Shown: positions 21,047-30,967 of the stretch, one piece after another
How positions within the stretch are numbered: the stretch's first letter is position 1
Layout: each line of letters begins with the position of its first letter
Source: Actinobacteria bacterium UBA959
GTDB lineage: Bacteria; Actinomycetota; Actinomycetes; S36-B12; UBA5976
Direction of reading: 5' to 3'
Length of the DNA stretch: 58,226 bases
Assembly: GCA_002293025.1 (NCBI GenBank)
Contig: DBCL01000012.1
Location: 20,036 to 78,261 of the forward strand
Notes under the pieces: generated by a model
Seen by the model: the letters and a program-made list of their open reading frames with translations, nothing else
Databases searched by the model: none
Told to the model about the DNA's origin: nothing
Position numbers and translations under genes: made by a program

Positions 21047-22020
21047 AATTCTGATTGGTTGGCTAATTCTGCCACGGTTTGAGTTAATCGCTCAATTAAG
21101 TCTGCTTGCTCAGATTTTGAAACTCGACTGCGAGCATTTTCTAACAAACTTTGAGAAACTTGAGTGTTACTGATCTCAATGAAACCATTTCTAGGCAGCA
21201 ACGTTTGATTTGTTAAATCGTTCGCCAACAAAACGCCAGTACCTAGTCCTGATGCTAACGGTTCTGTTGGCATGCAGGCTGCAACATATGCCACATAGGA
21301 CAAACCAATCGAAGTATCCAGGGATCCAGAGATGATCACAGGTAGATTAATTCTTTTCGCGATCACTTTTGTTTGTTGCAATCCCCCAAGAGGAATTGGC
21401 TTTAAAACAACTAAATCTGCAGCATCTCTAATCTGAGCAATAAAGGTGTCATCTAATTGATGAGATAACCGAATCCCTTCATCAATTGCGATATCTGCTC
21501 CAAGTCCTCGAACCTGAGCACAATCACTTAAAGTTGTACAAGGTTGCTCAATTACAGATACATTGAAATCTACTAATTCTCTGATTTTTACCCTTGCCTG
21601 ATCCAAACTCCAAGCACCATTTGCATCAACTCGTAAGTTTAGATCTGGCAAAGCTTCTTGAATCGCTTTTACTCGCTCAACATCTAATGGATCTCCAACT
21701 TTTACCTTTAAGGTTTTAACTCCTAGATCTTGATAGAGTTTAAGCGCCCAATCAACAGCTGCTTTTGGATCTAGGGCGGGAACGATTCCATTACAGGCAA
21801 CTTGTTTGCGCAAGTTTTGATTTCGAGGTTCATCTGCTGCCAATAACGCAGCGGCTAGCCATCTAGCAGATAAGTTTGGAGCGTAATCTGAAAATGGTGC
21901 CCACTCACCAAACCCATATTGACCTTCAAAGGCAAATCCAATTCGTTTGACTACACCTCTAAATGGGGTATTCAAAGAGACGCTAAAAGGTGTGGCTCGA
22001 TCTAGTAGTTCAGAGATCAC
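21043..22020 (-). CDS. menC: o-Succinylbenzoate synthase (enolase superfamily)
   Basis: The KVKVG, DANGAW and VIEQP metal/acid-base motifs. It overlaps menB and menD by 4 nt each. Confidence 0.8.
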   Translation of the reverse strand: MISELLDRATPFSVSLNTPFRGVVKRIGFAFEGQYGFGEWAPFSDYAPNLSARWLAAALLAADEPRNQNLRKQVACNGIVPALDPKAAVDWALKLYQDLGVKTLKVKVGDPLDVERVKAIQEALPDLNLRVDANGAWSLDQARVKIRELVDFNVSVIEQPCTTLSDCAQVRGLGADIAIDEGIRLSHQLDDTFIAQIRDAADLVVLKPIPLGGLQQTKVIAKRINLPVIISGSLDTSIGLSYVAYVAACMPTEPLASGLGTGVLLANDLTNQTLLPRNGFIEISNTQVSQSLLENARSRVSKSEQADLIERLTQTVAELANQSEL

Positions 22021-22883
22021 GGGCGCTTTGGAAATTTACTGAAGTCTGGTTTGCGTTTTTGTTGGTAGGCATTTCTACCTTCTTGAGCCTCTTCAGACAT
22101 GTAATAAAGCAAAGTTGCATCTCCAGCAAGCTGTTGAATACCAGCTAGGCCGTCATCTGCTGCATTTAAACTTGCTTTAAGCATTCTTAGTGCAATCGGA
22201 GAGTGTTTTAGCATGTCCTTTGCCCAGGTAACAGTTTCTTCTTCAAGTTGTTCGAGTGGGACGACTGCATTGACAAGCCCCCAGTCCAGTGCGGTCTTAG
22301 CGTCATACTGGCGGCAGAGATACCAAATTTCACGGGCGCGTTTTTGACCAATATGTCGAGCAAGTAATCCTGAGCCATAACCACCATCAAATGATCCAAC
22401 TTTGGGGCCAGTTTGACCAAATTTTGCATTTTCGGCTGCGATGGTTAGATCACAAACTACGTGTAACACATGACCGCCTCCAATTGCATAACCTGCAACC
22501 ATGGCAATCACTGGTTTTGGTAATCTTCTAATTTGTATTTGAAGATCTAATACGTTAAGTCGGCCAATACCTTTTTTAGCAAGTGCATCATCTCCGATGT
22601 AACCATCATCACCGCGAATCATTTGATCGCCACCAGAACAAAAAGCTAAGTCGCCTTTGCCTGTAAGAATTATGACACCGATACTCTCATCATCACGCGC
22701 AACATTAAAAGCATGCTCTAATTCTGAAATTGTTTGTGGGCGAAATGCATTTCGAACTTCTGGCCGATTAATAGTTAGTCGGGCAATACCTTCAGCGGTG
22801 TGATACTCAATGTCTTGATAGTTGCCAGACTGAGTCCATTTAGCTCCTGGCCGAACAGTGCTCAAGCCTGGATTTCCTGACAT
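22017..22883 (-). CDS. menB: 1,4-dihydroxy-2-naphthoyl-CoA synthase
   Basis: Crotonase fold with FCSGGDQ. ATG at 22883 is preceded by AGGAGG with 7-nt spacing; the track start at 22916 has no SD. Confidence 0.9.
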   Translation of the reverse strand: MSGNPGLSTVRPGAKWTQSGNYQDIEYHTAEGIARLTINRPEVRNAFRPQTISELEHAFNVARDDESIGVIILTGKGDLAFCSGGDQMIRGDDGYIGDDALAKKGIGRLNVLDLQIQIRRLPKPVIAMVAGYAIGGGHVLHVVCDLTIAAENAKFGQTGPKVGSFDGGYGSGLLARHIGQKRAREIWYLCRQYDAKTALDWGLVNAVVPLEQLEEETVTWAKDMLKHSPIALRMLKASLNAADDGLAGIQQLAGDATLLYYMSEEAQEGRNAYQQKRKPDFSKFPKRP

Positions 22884-22930
22884 ACCCGTTCCTCCTGCTA
22901 CAAAGTTAGACACCACGTACCCTACGACTG

Positions 22931-24031
22931 ATGTTGAAACGCCACCTCACCACTGTGAACGCCAGGGACCAAGTAGCCGTAATTAAGGCTATGAAATTGG
23001 TCATATCTGGCGAGATCACCTTGGCAGTTACCCCTGGAAGAAATAGCCCAAAATCTGAATTGGTTTTGCAAGCCATGGATACTGAATCTGAGATTGACGC
23101 CCAGATTGGTTTATTGGTTGCAACCTCGGGCAGTACATCAAATCCCAAGGCAGTTCTACTTTCTTTAGATGCCATTAAAGCATCCATTGCAGCTGTTGCT
23201 GATGAACTTGAAATTCCAGGGACTTGGCACCTAGTGCTTCCACTAGAGCATGTGGCAGGACAAATGACTGCACTTAGAGGTTTAAGCGCACAATCAAACT
23301 TAGAAGCTCCAACGATTAATGCCGGTGACCCTATGCAACTAGCTACTTACGCCAAAACTATCCGTAACAATGCAGGTCCTAATTACATAACTTTAGTTCC
23401 TGAGCATCTCAATCGATTAGCCCTAATTAATGAACTTGAATCTTTAAAGTATTTTGATCGGGTAATTATTGGTGCAGGGCGTGTATCTGAGCCAACAGAG
23501 ACGCTAATCAAGAATTTAGGTTTACGCGTAACTAGATCATATGGTCTAACCGAAACTTGTGGTGGAATTGTTTGGGATGGAAAACCGTTAAGTAATGTTG
23601 CAATATCGCTTTCGGATATAGGTGAAGTTTTGGTTTCTTCTGCTATGAACGCATTTGGCTACCGCTCCTCTCCAGATCTCAACTTAGACACGATTCACAC
23701 TGGGGATCTTGGAAGATTCCAGAATGGTCGTTTACAAATCCTTGGAAGAATGGATAGAAAGATAAAGCACAAAGGATTATTTGTTGACTTAGATGAATTA
23801 GCCAGTTTTATTCAGCAAGAATTTAGTATTGAAAATGCCGTTTTATCTGAGGATGAAAGAATCTGGGTTTTCTGTCAAAGTAGTGAAATCTCTGAACTTG
23901 AATCAAAGTTAATAGTGACTTTTGGTAAACACCTTCTGGGATTAGAAATTAGGTTTATGGATCAACTTCCAAGAACTGAACTTGGTAAGGTTGATAACTG
24001 GGAATTAAAGACTGATTGGATTAAGAAGTGA
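22931..24031 (+). CDS. menE: o-Succinylbenzoate-CoA ligase (short actinobacterial form)
   Basis: AMP-binding motif [11 protein letters not shown] and YGLTET. The 366-aa length resembles the short mycobacterial MenE. Confidence 0.8.
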   Translation: MLKRHLTTVNARDQVAVIKAMKLVISGEITLAVTPGRNSPKSELVLQAMDTESEIDAQIGLLVATSGSTSNPKAVLLSLDAIKASIAAVADELEIPGTWHLVLPLEHVAGQMTALRGLSAQSNLEAPTINAGDPMQLATYAKTIRNNAGPNYITLVPEHLNRLALINELESLKYFDRVIIGAGRVSEPTETLIKNLGLRVTRSYGLTETCGGIVWDGKPLSNVAISLSDIGEVLVSSAMNAFGYRSSPDLNLDTIHTGDLGRFQNGRLQILGRMDRKIKHKGLFVDLDELASFIQQEFSIENAVLSEDERIWVFCQSSEISELESKLIVTFGKHLLGLEIRFMDQLPRTELGKVDNWELKTDWIKK

Positions 24032-24897
24032 CCTCAGTTCAAAACTGGATAGCTGGTGCTAGACCAAAAACTCTGGGTGCCGCGTTAGCACCTGTTCTAA
24101 TTGGAACTTCAATTGCAATAAATCAGGATTCTTTTATGCCAGTAAATGCTGGTTTGGCTTTAGTTGTTGCCTTGTTTTTACAAATAGCTGTCAATTATGC
24201 AAACGACTACAGTGATGGAATCAAAGGTGTTGATGCAAATCGCGTTGGGCCAATCCGATTAGTCGGATCTGGTTTGGCCCCAGCTGCAAGAGTAAAAATG
24301 GCTGCCATTTATTGCGTTTTGATAGCTTCAGTATCTGGATTAGTTTTATCACTTCGAACTGAGCTGTGGTTAGTGCTAGTTGGACTAATAGCCATATTAG
24401 CCTCGTGGGCCTACACCGGAGGTAAGAATCCTTACGGCTACCGCGGGTTTGGCGAAGTATCAGTTTTCTTATTCTTTGGTTTTGTGGCAACAGTTGGCAC
24501 AGGCTTTGTGCAAACTGGAAAAATTAGTTGGGTTTTGCTCTTCGCTTCGATACCTGTTGGTTTATTAGCAATGGCCTTATTAGTTGTTAATAATTTAAGA
24601 GATATTGAGACTGATGAAAAAGCCAATAAACTCACCTTAGCTGTAAAAATAGGGGATCGAAAAACTCGCTTGCTGTTTATCTGGATAATTTCACTTTCCA
24701 TTTCAGCCAGTTTATTACTTGCTATTGCAGCTCCATTAGTTAGTTTAAGTGGATTGACTATTTTGATTGCGATGCAGCCAATGAGAGATGTAGCAGCTGG
24801 CGCTAGAAAGCGAGATTTAATACCAACTCTTCAACAGACAAATAAGCTGATGATTATTCAAGCAGTATTAATCAGTATTGGGTTTATTTTTTCTTGA
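24028..24897 (+). CDS. menA: 1,4-dihydroxy-2-naphthoate polyprenyltransferase
   Basis: UbiA-family motif NDYSDGIKGVD and a polytopic membrane protein. It overlaps the menE stop by 4 nt. Confidence 0.85.
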   Translation: MTSVQNWIAGARPKTLGAALAPVLIGTSIAINQDSFMPVNAGLALVVALFLQIAVNYANDYSDGIKGVDANRVGPIRLVGSGLAPAARVKMAAIYCVLIASVSGLVLSLRTELWLVLVGLIAILASWAYTGGKNPYGYRGFGEVSVFLFFGFVATVGTGFVQTGKISWVLLFASIPVGLLAMALLVVNNLRDIETDEKANKLTLAVKIGDRKTRLLFIWIISLSISASLLLAIAAPLVSLSGLTILIAMQPMRDVAAGARKRDLIPTLQQTNKLMIIQAVLISIGFIFS

Positions 24898-25176
24898 TTC
24901 CTGATTTAACTGCTCCTCAATCCAAGCATCCTCAGCTGCAGCTGCTTCATCTATTCTTAAATTGATTCTATTTTTAAACGAGAAAATACCTTCAGAGACT
25001 TTATCTCTTAATCTGTCTAATAAGAACAAGCTCGCAATCGCAGAAGTTACGAAGGCAAAACCTATTAGTAGGTAGCTCCTTAAACCAAGTAAGTAACCAA
25101 TTAACCCAAATGCTCCAAGAAGTCCAAATCTCGCCATGGTGTAAACCAGTGCACTAACAATCGGAGAACTTTTCAT
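24868..25176 (-). CDS. Small two-TM membrane protein (probably the actinobacterial DUF4229-type family)
   Basis: 102 aa with two hydrophobic helices and an acidic tail. GGAGG lies 7 nt upstream of the ATG, and the start overlaps the ccsA stop (TAATG). The family name is from memory and was not searched. Confidence 0.5.
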   Translation of the reverse strand: MKSSPIVSALVYTMARFGLLGAFGLIGYLLGLRSYLLIGFAFVTSAIASLFLLDRLRDKVSEGIFSFKNRINLRIDEAAAAEDAWIEEQLNQESRKNKPNTD

Positions 25177-26009
25177 TACAAACCTCCATAACTGTGTAGC
25201 CCTACAAAAAAGATATTTACACCAAAGAAGTTAAATATGTAACTCACATATCCTATTGATGAAAGAATTGCTGCTTTACCACCGCGCCACCCAACAGTTA
25301 CGCGCGCATGTAAGTAAGCAGCATAAAAAATCCAAGTTATTAACGCCCATGTTTCTTTAGGGTCCCACCCCCAAAACCTGCCCCAAGCGCTCTCAGCCCA
25401 AATTGCTCCAGCTAAGACTGCAAATGTCCAAACTGCGAAAGCCCATGCGCTCACGCGATATGCCAATACATCGAGTTTTTCAACACTTGGCATTTTTTTG
25501 GCAAACTTAGATTCTGGTTTCCAACCTACGGCAAGTTGTGTTGAAGTTAAAGTAAAGCCCACTGTAAATCCACCACCAGCAATAATTGCAGCGCTCACGT
25601 GGATAACTAGCCATCCCGATTTAAGCGCTGGAACCAATGGACCTGCATCAACATACAGAACAGTTTGTGCTAAACCCAAAGCTAATACCACAGGCATTAA
25701 TGCAAATACTGACAAACTTGAAAGATCATTGAAGCGCAAAATAAGGATATAAACAACTAGAACTGAGAGTGCGCCAGCAATTGCATATTCATACATATTG
25801 CCCCAAGGGGCCCTACCTGCTGCAATTCCTCTGCTAACTAATCCAACTGTTAAAAGGCCAGTAGCAAAATAGATAAACAATCTAGAAATTTGTCGGGCTT
25901 TAAGAAGTGGTCCATCAGCGATCAAAATAGCTGCCGCAGTAAATGTCGCAATTGTCAGAAATACCGTTGAAGCTAAAATCGTCCAGTTACTTAGTACTGC
26001 AAAATTCAT
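25176..26009 (-). CDS. ccsA: Cytochrome c biogenesis protein CcsA/ResC (system II)
   Basis: WWD heme-handling motif WGRFWGWDPKETWALITW and a polytopic membrane protein. Confidence 0.9.
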   Translation of the reverse strand: MNFAVLSNWTILASTVFLTIATFTAAAILIADGPLLKARQISRLFIYFATGLLTVGLVSRGIAAGRAPWGNMYEYAIAGALSVLVVYILILRFNDLSSLSVFALMPVVLALGLAQTVLYVDAGPLVPALKSGWLVIHVSAAIIAGGGFTVGFTLTSTQLAVGWKPESKFAKKMPSVEKLDVLAYRVSAWAFAVWTFAVLAGAIWAESAWGRFWGWDPKETWALITWIFYAAYLHARVTVGWRGGKAAILSSIGYVSYIFNFFGVNIFFVGLHSYGGL

Positions 26010-27514
26010 TTCTGTTGCTCCTTTTCAGTATTGGAGCATAGAGCCAAAAATAGATTCACGTCACGGTCCAAACCTGGCTGGTCATACCGAGATAAAGCAG
26101 CAATCTCAAAATCGCCTTGTGACATTTCTCTAATCCAAACTCTTCGCCTTCTAATGTATAGCCCGCCAATGAGGCCAAGTAAACCTAAGAAGGCAAAAAT
26201 CATCGCATAGATGCCTCCAGGACTCTTTGCTACATCAAATGTGACAAACCGCTCAATACTTAAAAATTTTATGGTTCCCTTCCCGTCTGGCAATTCCCAT
26301 GTCTCACCGGGGGCTAGATCTTTAATACCAAGCGGTTTCAAATTCTCGGTATCTAATGAAAAAACACTCCGCGGAATGCCATCGTCTAAACCTAAGTCGC
26401 CAGAGAAGGCAGACAAAAAAAGTCTAGGGTCGTCAATATCTGGAAATAGTGAGCGGGGTCCTGACATCTGAGAGACCGAGGCAGTTGGCAAAAAGATTGC
26501 AACGAATCCAAGACCTGAGTCACCGTTTGGAATTTTGATGGCACCTTCAGAAGTAAAATTCCCATCCACTGGTAAGAAAACTACTGAGTCGGTAAAAACT
26601 ATATTTCCAGCACGATCTCTAACCTCAACTCGTGGTGCATACCCGTGTCCAACCAAATACCACTTAGAGCCATCAAGCTTTAGTGGTTTATTCACTTCGA
26701 TTATTTGAGTAGTCAAAGCGTCTGCGCTACCCACTTGCACTGTTGCCTTAAAGGATCGAGGAGATCCAGTTTGAATACTTCCTCGCTCAAACTTAGCTTC
26801 GAATTCTTCCAGCTTGACCGTGCTTGCTGGAAGATCATTAACTTGGAGTGCAGTGCCTAATGTAAGGGAGTTAAATTGTGTTGGAACAGTGCTGACTGAC
26901 GTTCCTTCTTTAACAAGTATTTGCCCTCGGTATGAGAATAAAACTCCAATACCTACCGCCAGGATTAAGCCAACTAAAGCTAGATGGAAAATTAAATTCC
27001 CCGTTTCACGGGCAAATCCCTTTTCGGCAGCAATCCATTTATTTTCAGGGTCCACTTTGATTCGCCAACTTTTTAACTGCTTAGCATTCTTGATGCTGGT
27101 AGCTAGTGAGTCAAAATCAGAATTAATCTTAAATTCCTGGTGTTCAGCTAATCTGGCAAAGCTTGTTGGAGCACTCGGTGGTTCGCTTCTGATCTCTTGA
27201 TAGTGCATCCAAGACCTAGGCAAAATACAACCAACTAGAGAAACTAGAAGCAGAATGTAAACAGCAGCAAACCAGGGAGCACTAAAAACATTAAAGAATC
27301 CAAGCCTAAATAGCCATTCACCTAGAGCGGGGGATCCCTCTATCCAGGCCCTTACAGCAGCTGGGTCTACATTTCGCTGAGGTAATACTGATCCAGGAAT
27401 AGAAACAACAACTAGCAGTAACAGCAACATGATGGCTGTCCGCATTGAAGTTAGTTGGCGCCACAGCCATCGTGTTAATTCTTTGGCACTTAACTCAAAA
27501 ATGTTGTTGCTCAT
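26006..27514 (-). CDS. resB: Cytochrome c biogenesis protein ResB/Ccs1
   Basis: N-terminal TMs, a large extracytoplasmic domain and a C-terminal TM. ATG 27514 (MSNNIFEL...) forms an ATGA overlap with the ccdA stop, and there is an ATGA overlap with ccsA at the 3' end. Confidence 0.85.
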   Translation of the reverse strand: MSNNIFELSAKELTRWLWRQLTSMRTAIMLLLLLVVVSIPGSVLPQRNVDPAAVRAWIEGSPALGEWLFRLGFFNVFSAPWFAAVYILLLVSLVGCILPRSWMHYQEIRSEPPSAPTSFARLAEHQEFKINSDFDSLATSIKNAKQLKSWRIKVDPENKWIAAEKGFARETGNLIFHLALVGLILAVGIGVLFSYRGQILVKEGTSVSTVPTQFNSLTLGTALQVNDLPASTVKLEEFEAKFERGSIQTGSPRSFKATVQVGSADALTTQIIEVNKPLKLDGSKWYLVGHGYAPRVEVRDRAGNIVFTDSVVFLPVDGNFTSEGAIKIPNGDSGLGFVAIFLPTASVSQMSGPRSLFPDIDDPRLFLSAFSGDLGLDDGIPRSVFSLDTENLKPLGIKDLAPGETWELPDGKGTIKFLSIERFVTFDVAKSPGGIYAMIFAFLGLLGLIGGLYIRRRRVWIREMSQGDFEIAALSRYDQPGLDRDVNLFLALCSNTEKEQQK

Positions 27515-28224
27515 AATGAAACCGTGAAGCCCGAATATTTGATCTGCAGCCAGGTAATCATCTCTGGCCAAATTCCTACAAGAAACAAGATACCAAGAAT
27601 GATCAGCATCGCACTTCCAGCGGAAATAAAGAGTTTCTGCTTCTTACGTAAAGCAGCGACCAGGGTAGTTGATCGAGTTGCAAAAAAAGAGATCAGCAGA
27701 AAAGGGATGCCAAGGCCAAGGCTATAACTTGCAGATAACACTGCTCCCCTAGTTGCAGCTGCTTCTGTTAATGCCAGGGTCTGTACTGCTGCCAAAGTTG
27801 GCCCAATGCAAGGCGTCCAGCCCACAGCAAACACAATTCCTAGAACTAGTGCATTTAGATAACCTGTCGTTTTTAGATTTGGTAACTTAATCTGATTTTG
27901 AAATTTGGAAATGTATCCAGCAAACACGAGCCCCATAATTATCAACAGGACACCAGCCACTCGATATATTTCGTTTTGATATTGAATTAGCCATGAACCA
28001 ACTTGACCAAAAACCAATCCATATGAAACGAAAACCAACGTAAAGCCAGCAACAAATACAAAGGTAGCGATTGGTAACTTTTTAGGAGATGCTGAATTTG
28101 TCAGCATCACTAGATAAGCAGGTATTAGTGGTAACACGCAAGGGCTCAAGAAAGAAACAAGTCCTGCAAGTACCGAAACCAGGATGGCTAGCGGCAAGAA
28201 GCCAGAAACAACCAATTCGCCCAT
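27511..28224 (-). CDS. ccdA: Cytochrome c-type biogenesis thiol-disulfide transporter CcdA
   Basis: Conserved cysteine motifs CVLPLIP and WTPCIGP in a 6-TM protein. Confidence 0.9.
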   Translation of the reverse strand: MGELVVSGFLPLAILVSVLAGLVSFLSPCVLPLIPAYLVMLTNSASPKKLPIATFVFVAGFTLVFVSYGLVFGQVGSWLIQYQNEIYRVAGVLLIIMGLVFAGYISKFQNQIKLPNLKTTGYLNALVLGIVFAVGWTPCIGPTLAAVQTLALTEAAATRGAVLSASYSLGLGIPFLLISFFATRSTTLVAALRKKQKLFISAGSAMLIILGILFLVGIWPEMITWLQIKYSGFTVSL

Positions 28225-28763
28225 TAGTCTTTTTCGATCTCAGCAATAACTGATTCAAGCAATGAACGGGTAGTTTCACCAAGTATTCGAGCGCTTGGTC
28301 GACCTGAGCGATCTAGAATTACCGTTGTTGGTATTGCACTTAATGGAAGTGAATCTCTAAAAGCCAATTGAAGTGATCCATCTGGATCTATTAACGATGG
28401 ATATTCCACTTTAAAGTACTTTTCAAATGCCCGTGCTGCTGGTTCATTATCCCTAGTATTAATCCCCAGCATTTTTACATTGGGATTCTTAAGATTAAAA
28501 TCAACTAATTGGGGAGCCTCTTTTCGACATGGAGCACACCATGAAGCCCAGACATTGATAACCACAATTGAGCCTAGGTAACTGTTTGTGTTTAGTTTTT
28601 CTTGATCTAAAGTTATGCCAGCAAGTTCTATTGCCTCCCCACGATCAGATTCAGCTAATACTGTGGTTGTCCCATCACCAGAGATGAACCCGGTGTTATT
28701 TTGGGTAGCAGGTGAGCATCCAGCTATTAGCAATATTGCTAAAAATGCTGTGCGAATTCGCAT
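28224..28763 (-). CDS. TlpA/ResA-like thiol-disulfide oxidoreductase lipoprotein
   Basis: Lipobox LIAGCS at the N-terminus and thioredoxin active site WCAPC. Confidence 0.85.
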   Translation of the reverse strand: MRIRTAFLAILLIAGCSPATQNNTGFISGDGTTTVLAESDRGEAIELAGITLDQEKLNTNSYLGSIVVINVWASWCAPCRKEAPQLVDFNLKNPNVKMLGINTRDNEPAARAFEKYFKVEYPSLIDPDGSLQLAFRDSLPLSAIPTTVILDRSGRPSARILGETTRSLLESVIAEIEKD

Positions 28764-29404
28764 TAGGCTCCAACGCCGCCAGTAGATTCTTTGTAAAGTG
28801 AGGCTGCAGGCTCAAAATACTCAATATTTACCAATTCAGCATCTTTAAAAGTTAGAGTGGTCACAGATGCTAAATTGCAAATACGTTTAGTTGGATTGTG
28901 AATAAATCGCTTGTTTTCATAAGCAAGTCTGGCTATCCATATTGGTGACTGGTGGCTAACTAGAACGGATTCATGACCTAAAGAATTATGGCGGGCTGCT
29001 TCAACAGCTAATTTCATGCGATCAGCTATTGCTTGGTAAGGCTCACCCCAAGAAGGTCTAAATGGATTCCACAGATGGCGCCAACTACTTGGTTTTCTTA
29101 AGCTGCCAGCACCACCAACTACTTGTTGTCCTTCAAAGACATTGTCTGCTTCAATCAAATTGTCATCTGTATTGATTTTAAGATTCAATTTACGAGCTAA
29201 TGGTTCAGCAGTTTGTTGAGCACGCTCCAACGGAGATGCCACCAGATGGGTTACGTCACGATCTTGAAAAAAATCTGCAACCATCTCAGCCATTGCTTGT
29301 CCACGTTCTGACAGTTTGTAGCCAGGGATTCGGCCATAGAGAATTTTCTCGGGATTAAACACCTCTCCATGACGTAACATGTGAATCGAAGTGGTGTGAC
29401 TCAT
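28763..29404 (-). CDS. Histidine phosphatase (phosphoglycerate mutase-like) family protein
   Basis: N-terminal RHGE catalytic motif (HMLRHGEVFNP). It occupies the same position as the mycobacterial homolog upstream of the trx-ccdA-resB-ccsA genes. Confidence 0.75.
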   Translation of the reverse strand: MSHTTSIHMLRHGEVFNPEKILYGRIPGYKLSERGQAMAEMVADFFQDRDVTHLVASPLERAQQTAEPLARKLNLKINTDDNLIEADNVFEGQQVVGGAGSLRKPSSWRHLWNPFRPSWGEPYQAIADRMKLAVEAARHNSLGHESVLVSHQSPIWIARLAYENKRFIHNPTKRICNLASVTTLTFKDAELVNIEYFEPAASLYKESTGGVGA

Positions 29405-29407
29405 GTG

Positions 29408-30967
29408 TTAGGTGCGCTTACGACTTAATCGCTTAACTGAAGGTCGCCAAATTACTTCACCTTGTTCAATTGCAGCTAGCCGAAGCATTTCACCATGTTT
29501 AGTCAAAGCCTCGATAGTTGCGCTTAAGGTTGTTTCTTCAGGAAGTACATCAACGGTTAGTCCAAGTTCTCTAGCTGCTTCAGCTGTTTGCTCACCAATA
29601 CATGCAATTACTGTTGATGGGTGCGGTTTGCCAGCAATTCCAACCAGATTCCTTACTGTTGCGGCAGAACTGAAAACAACAGCATCGTAACCACCACTCT
29701 TGATTGCGTCTCTTATCGCTGGAGGAGGTGGAGCTGCTCGAACAGTTCTAAATGCGGTGATTTCTTCAACTTCCCATCCAATTGAATTTAAAGTTGCTGC
29801 TAAGGACTCAGTTGCCACATCTGCACGTGGAATAAGCACTCGATTCATTGGATCTTGGAACTGATCAAATACTGGCCAATGATTTGCTAAACCAGCATTA
29901 GTATCATCATCTGAGATTAAATCAGGATTAATTCCAATAGATCTTAATAATTCAACTGTGTCCGTACCAACTGCTGCAATTCGAATTCCAGAGAACGCAC
30001 GAGCATCTAGCCCATATTCATCTAGGCGGGTTTTAATTGCCTTAACTGCATGTGGACTAGTGAATGCAATCCACTGAAATCTTCCAGCAACAATTCCGTG
30101 AACAGCTTTCTCCATTTGTTGAGGTGCACGTGGTGGCTCAACACTCAATGTTGGAACTTCTGTGCAAGTGGCTCCAGACTTTGCTAATAACGCTGGAACA
30201 TCTACCGAGAAGTCTTTAGTTTTTGGAAGTAAAACTTTCCAGCCAAACAATGAACGAGTCTCATACCACGAGTTGCGCGCGATAGCTAAGGCTGGTTCAC
30301 CAATTACAGCATGCGCTTGACCTGCAAGACGCAAGTTTCGAATGACATCTGATGCTTCTTCAATATTCATCTGATAGCTGCGTTGATCCAAAGTCACAGC
30401 ACCTTGAATCAAAACCATAGTTGTTGCACCCAGCCTGCCAGCAGCTACTAGGTCATAAGTAAAGCGACCAATCTCGTTTGTAGTGCCACGCACAATCAGT
30501 GTGCTTTTTGGACTAATCAATCCTGGGACTAACGAAGTGTCCTTTGCATCAACTAAATGAACTGAGCCCGTCTTTCCGGAATCAAGTAGTGCGCCTGAAT
30601 AAAGTCCAACTGCAAAGTCGTGTGGAATTGCAGGGAATACATCAAAACTTAGATTTGATCGACGCAAAAGCCCAATTTCTTCAGTGAGTGAGCCTCGCAA
30701 TATGCCGTCACCAAAGAAAACTCGAGCAACATCTTTACCTTCTTTTGCAAAAGCAATTGCAATCCTGGCTCGATCTGTAACTTCCTCAGCAATTGTCTCT
30801 GGTGCAACTGGTCTTAGAGCCTCGATTACCTCCACCAAAGCAGGGTCAACTACTACTTCGACAGCTTCCTTGATTGCTTCAATTGCTGCTTGCGACAAAA
30901 CTGAAATGTCGCAATCTGGGAGGGCGATGAACGAAATAAGTCCTGGTTGCTTCTTGGTGGAACTCAT
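29408..30967 (-). CDS. hemD: Uroporphyrinogen-III synthase (HemD-like C-half) fused to a divergent SUMT/tetrapyrrole-methylase-like N-half
   Basis: The C-half has HEM4-like repeats (WIAFTSPHAV, VVFSSAATV). The N-half aligns by eye with CobA/CysG-type methylases but has ALPDCD in place of GAGPGD and FFGDG in place of KGGDP. The start forms an ATGA overlap with the rex stop. Confidence 0.7.
   Translation of the reverse strand: MSSTKKQPGLISFIALPDCDISVLSQAAIEAIKEAVEVVVDPALVEVIEALRPVAPETIAEEVTDRARIAIAFAKEGKDVARVFFGDGILRGSLTEEIGLLRRSNLSFDVFPAIPHDFAVGLYSGALLDSGKTGSVHLVDAKDTSLVPGLISPKSTLIVRGTTNEIGRFTYDLVAAGRLGATTMVLIQGAVTLDQRSYQMNIEEASDVIRNLRLAGQAHAVIGEPALAIARNSWYETRSLFGWKVLLPKTKDFSVDVPALLAKSGATCTEVPTLSVEPPRAPQQMEKAVHGIVAGRFQWIAFTSPHAVKAIKTRLDEYGLDARAFSGIRIAAVGTDTVELLRSIGINPDLISDDDTNAGLANHWPVFDQFQDPMNRVLIPRADVATESLAATLNSIGWEVEEITAFRTVRAAPPPPAIRDAIKSGGYDAVVFSSAATVRNLVGIAGKPHPSTVIACIGEQTAEAARELGLTVDVLPEETTLSATIEALTKHGEMLRLAAIEQGEVIWRPSVKRLSRKRT

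Noticed and set aside
22906-23187. A 93-aa minus-strand ORF overlapping the menE 5' region and the track's longer menB start (22916).
   Set aside because: It is antisense to the well-supported menE AMP-binding region. The menB start at 22883 has a perfect AGGAGG, which makes the upstream extension unnecessary.
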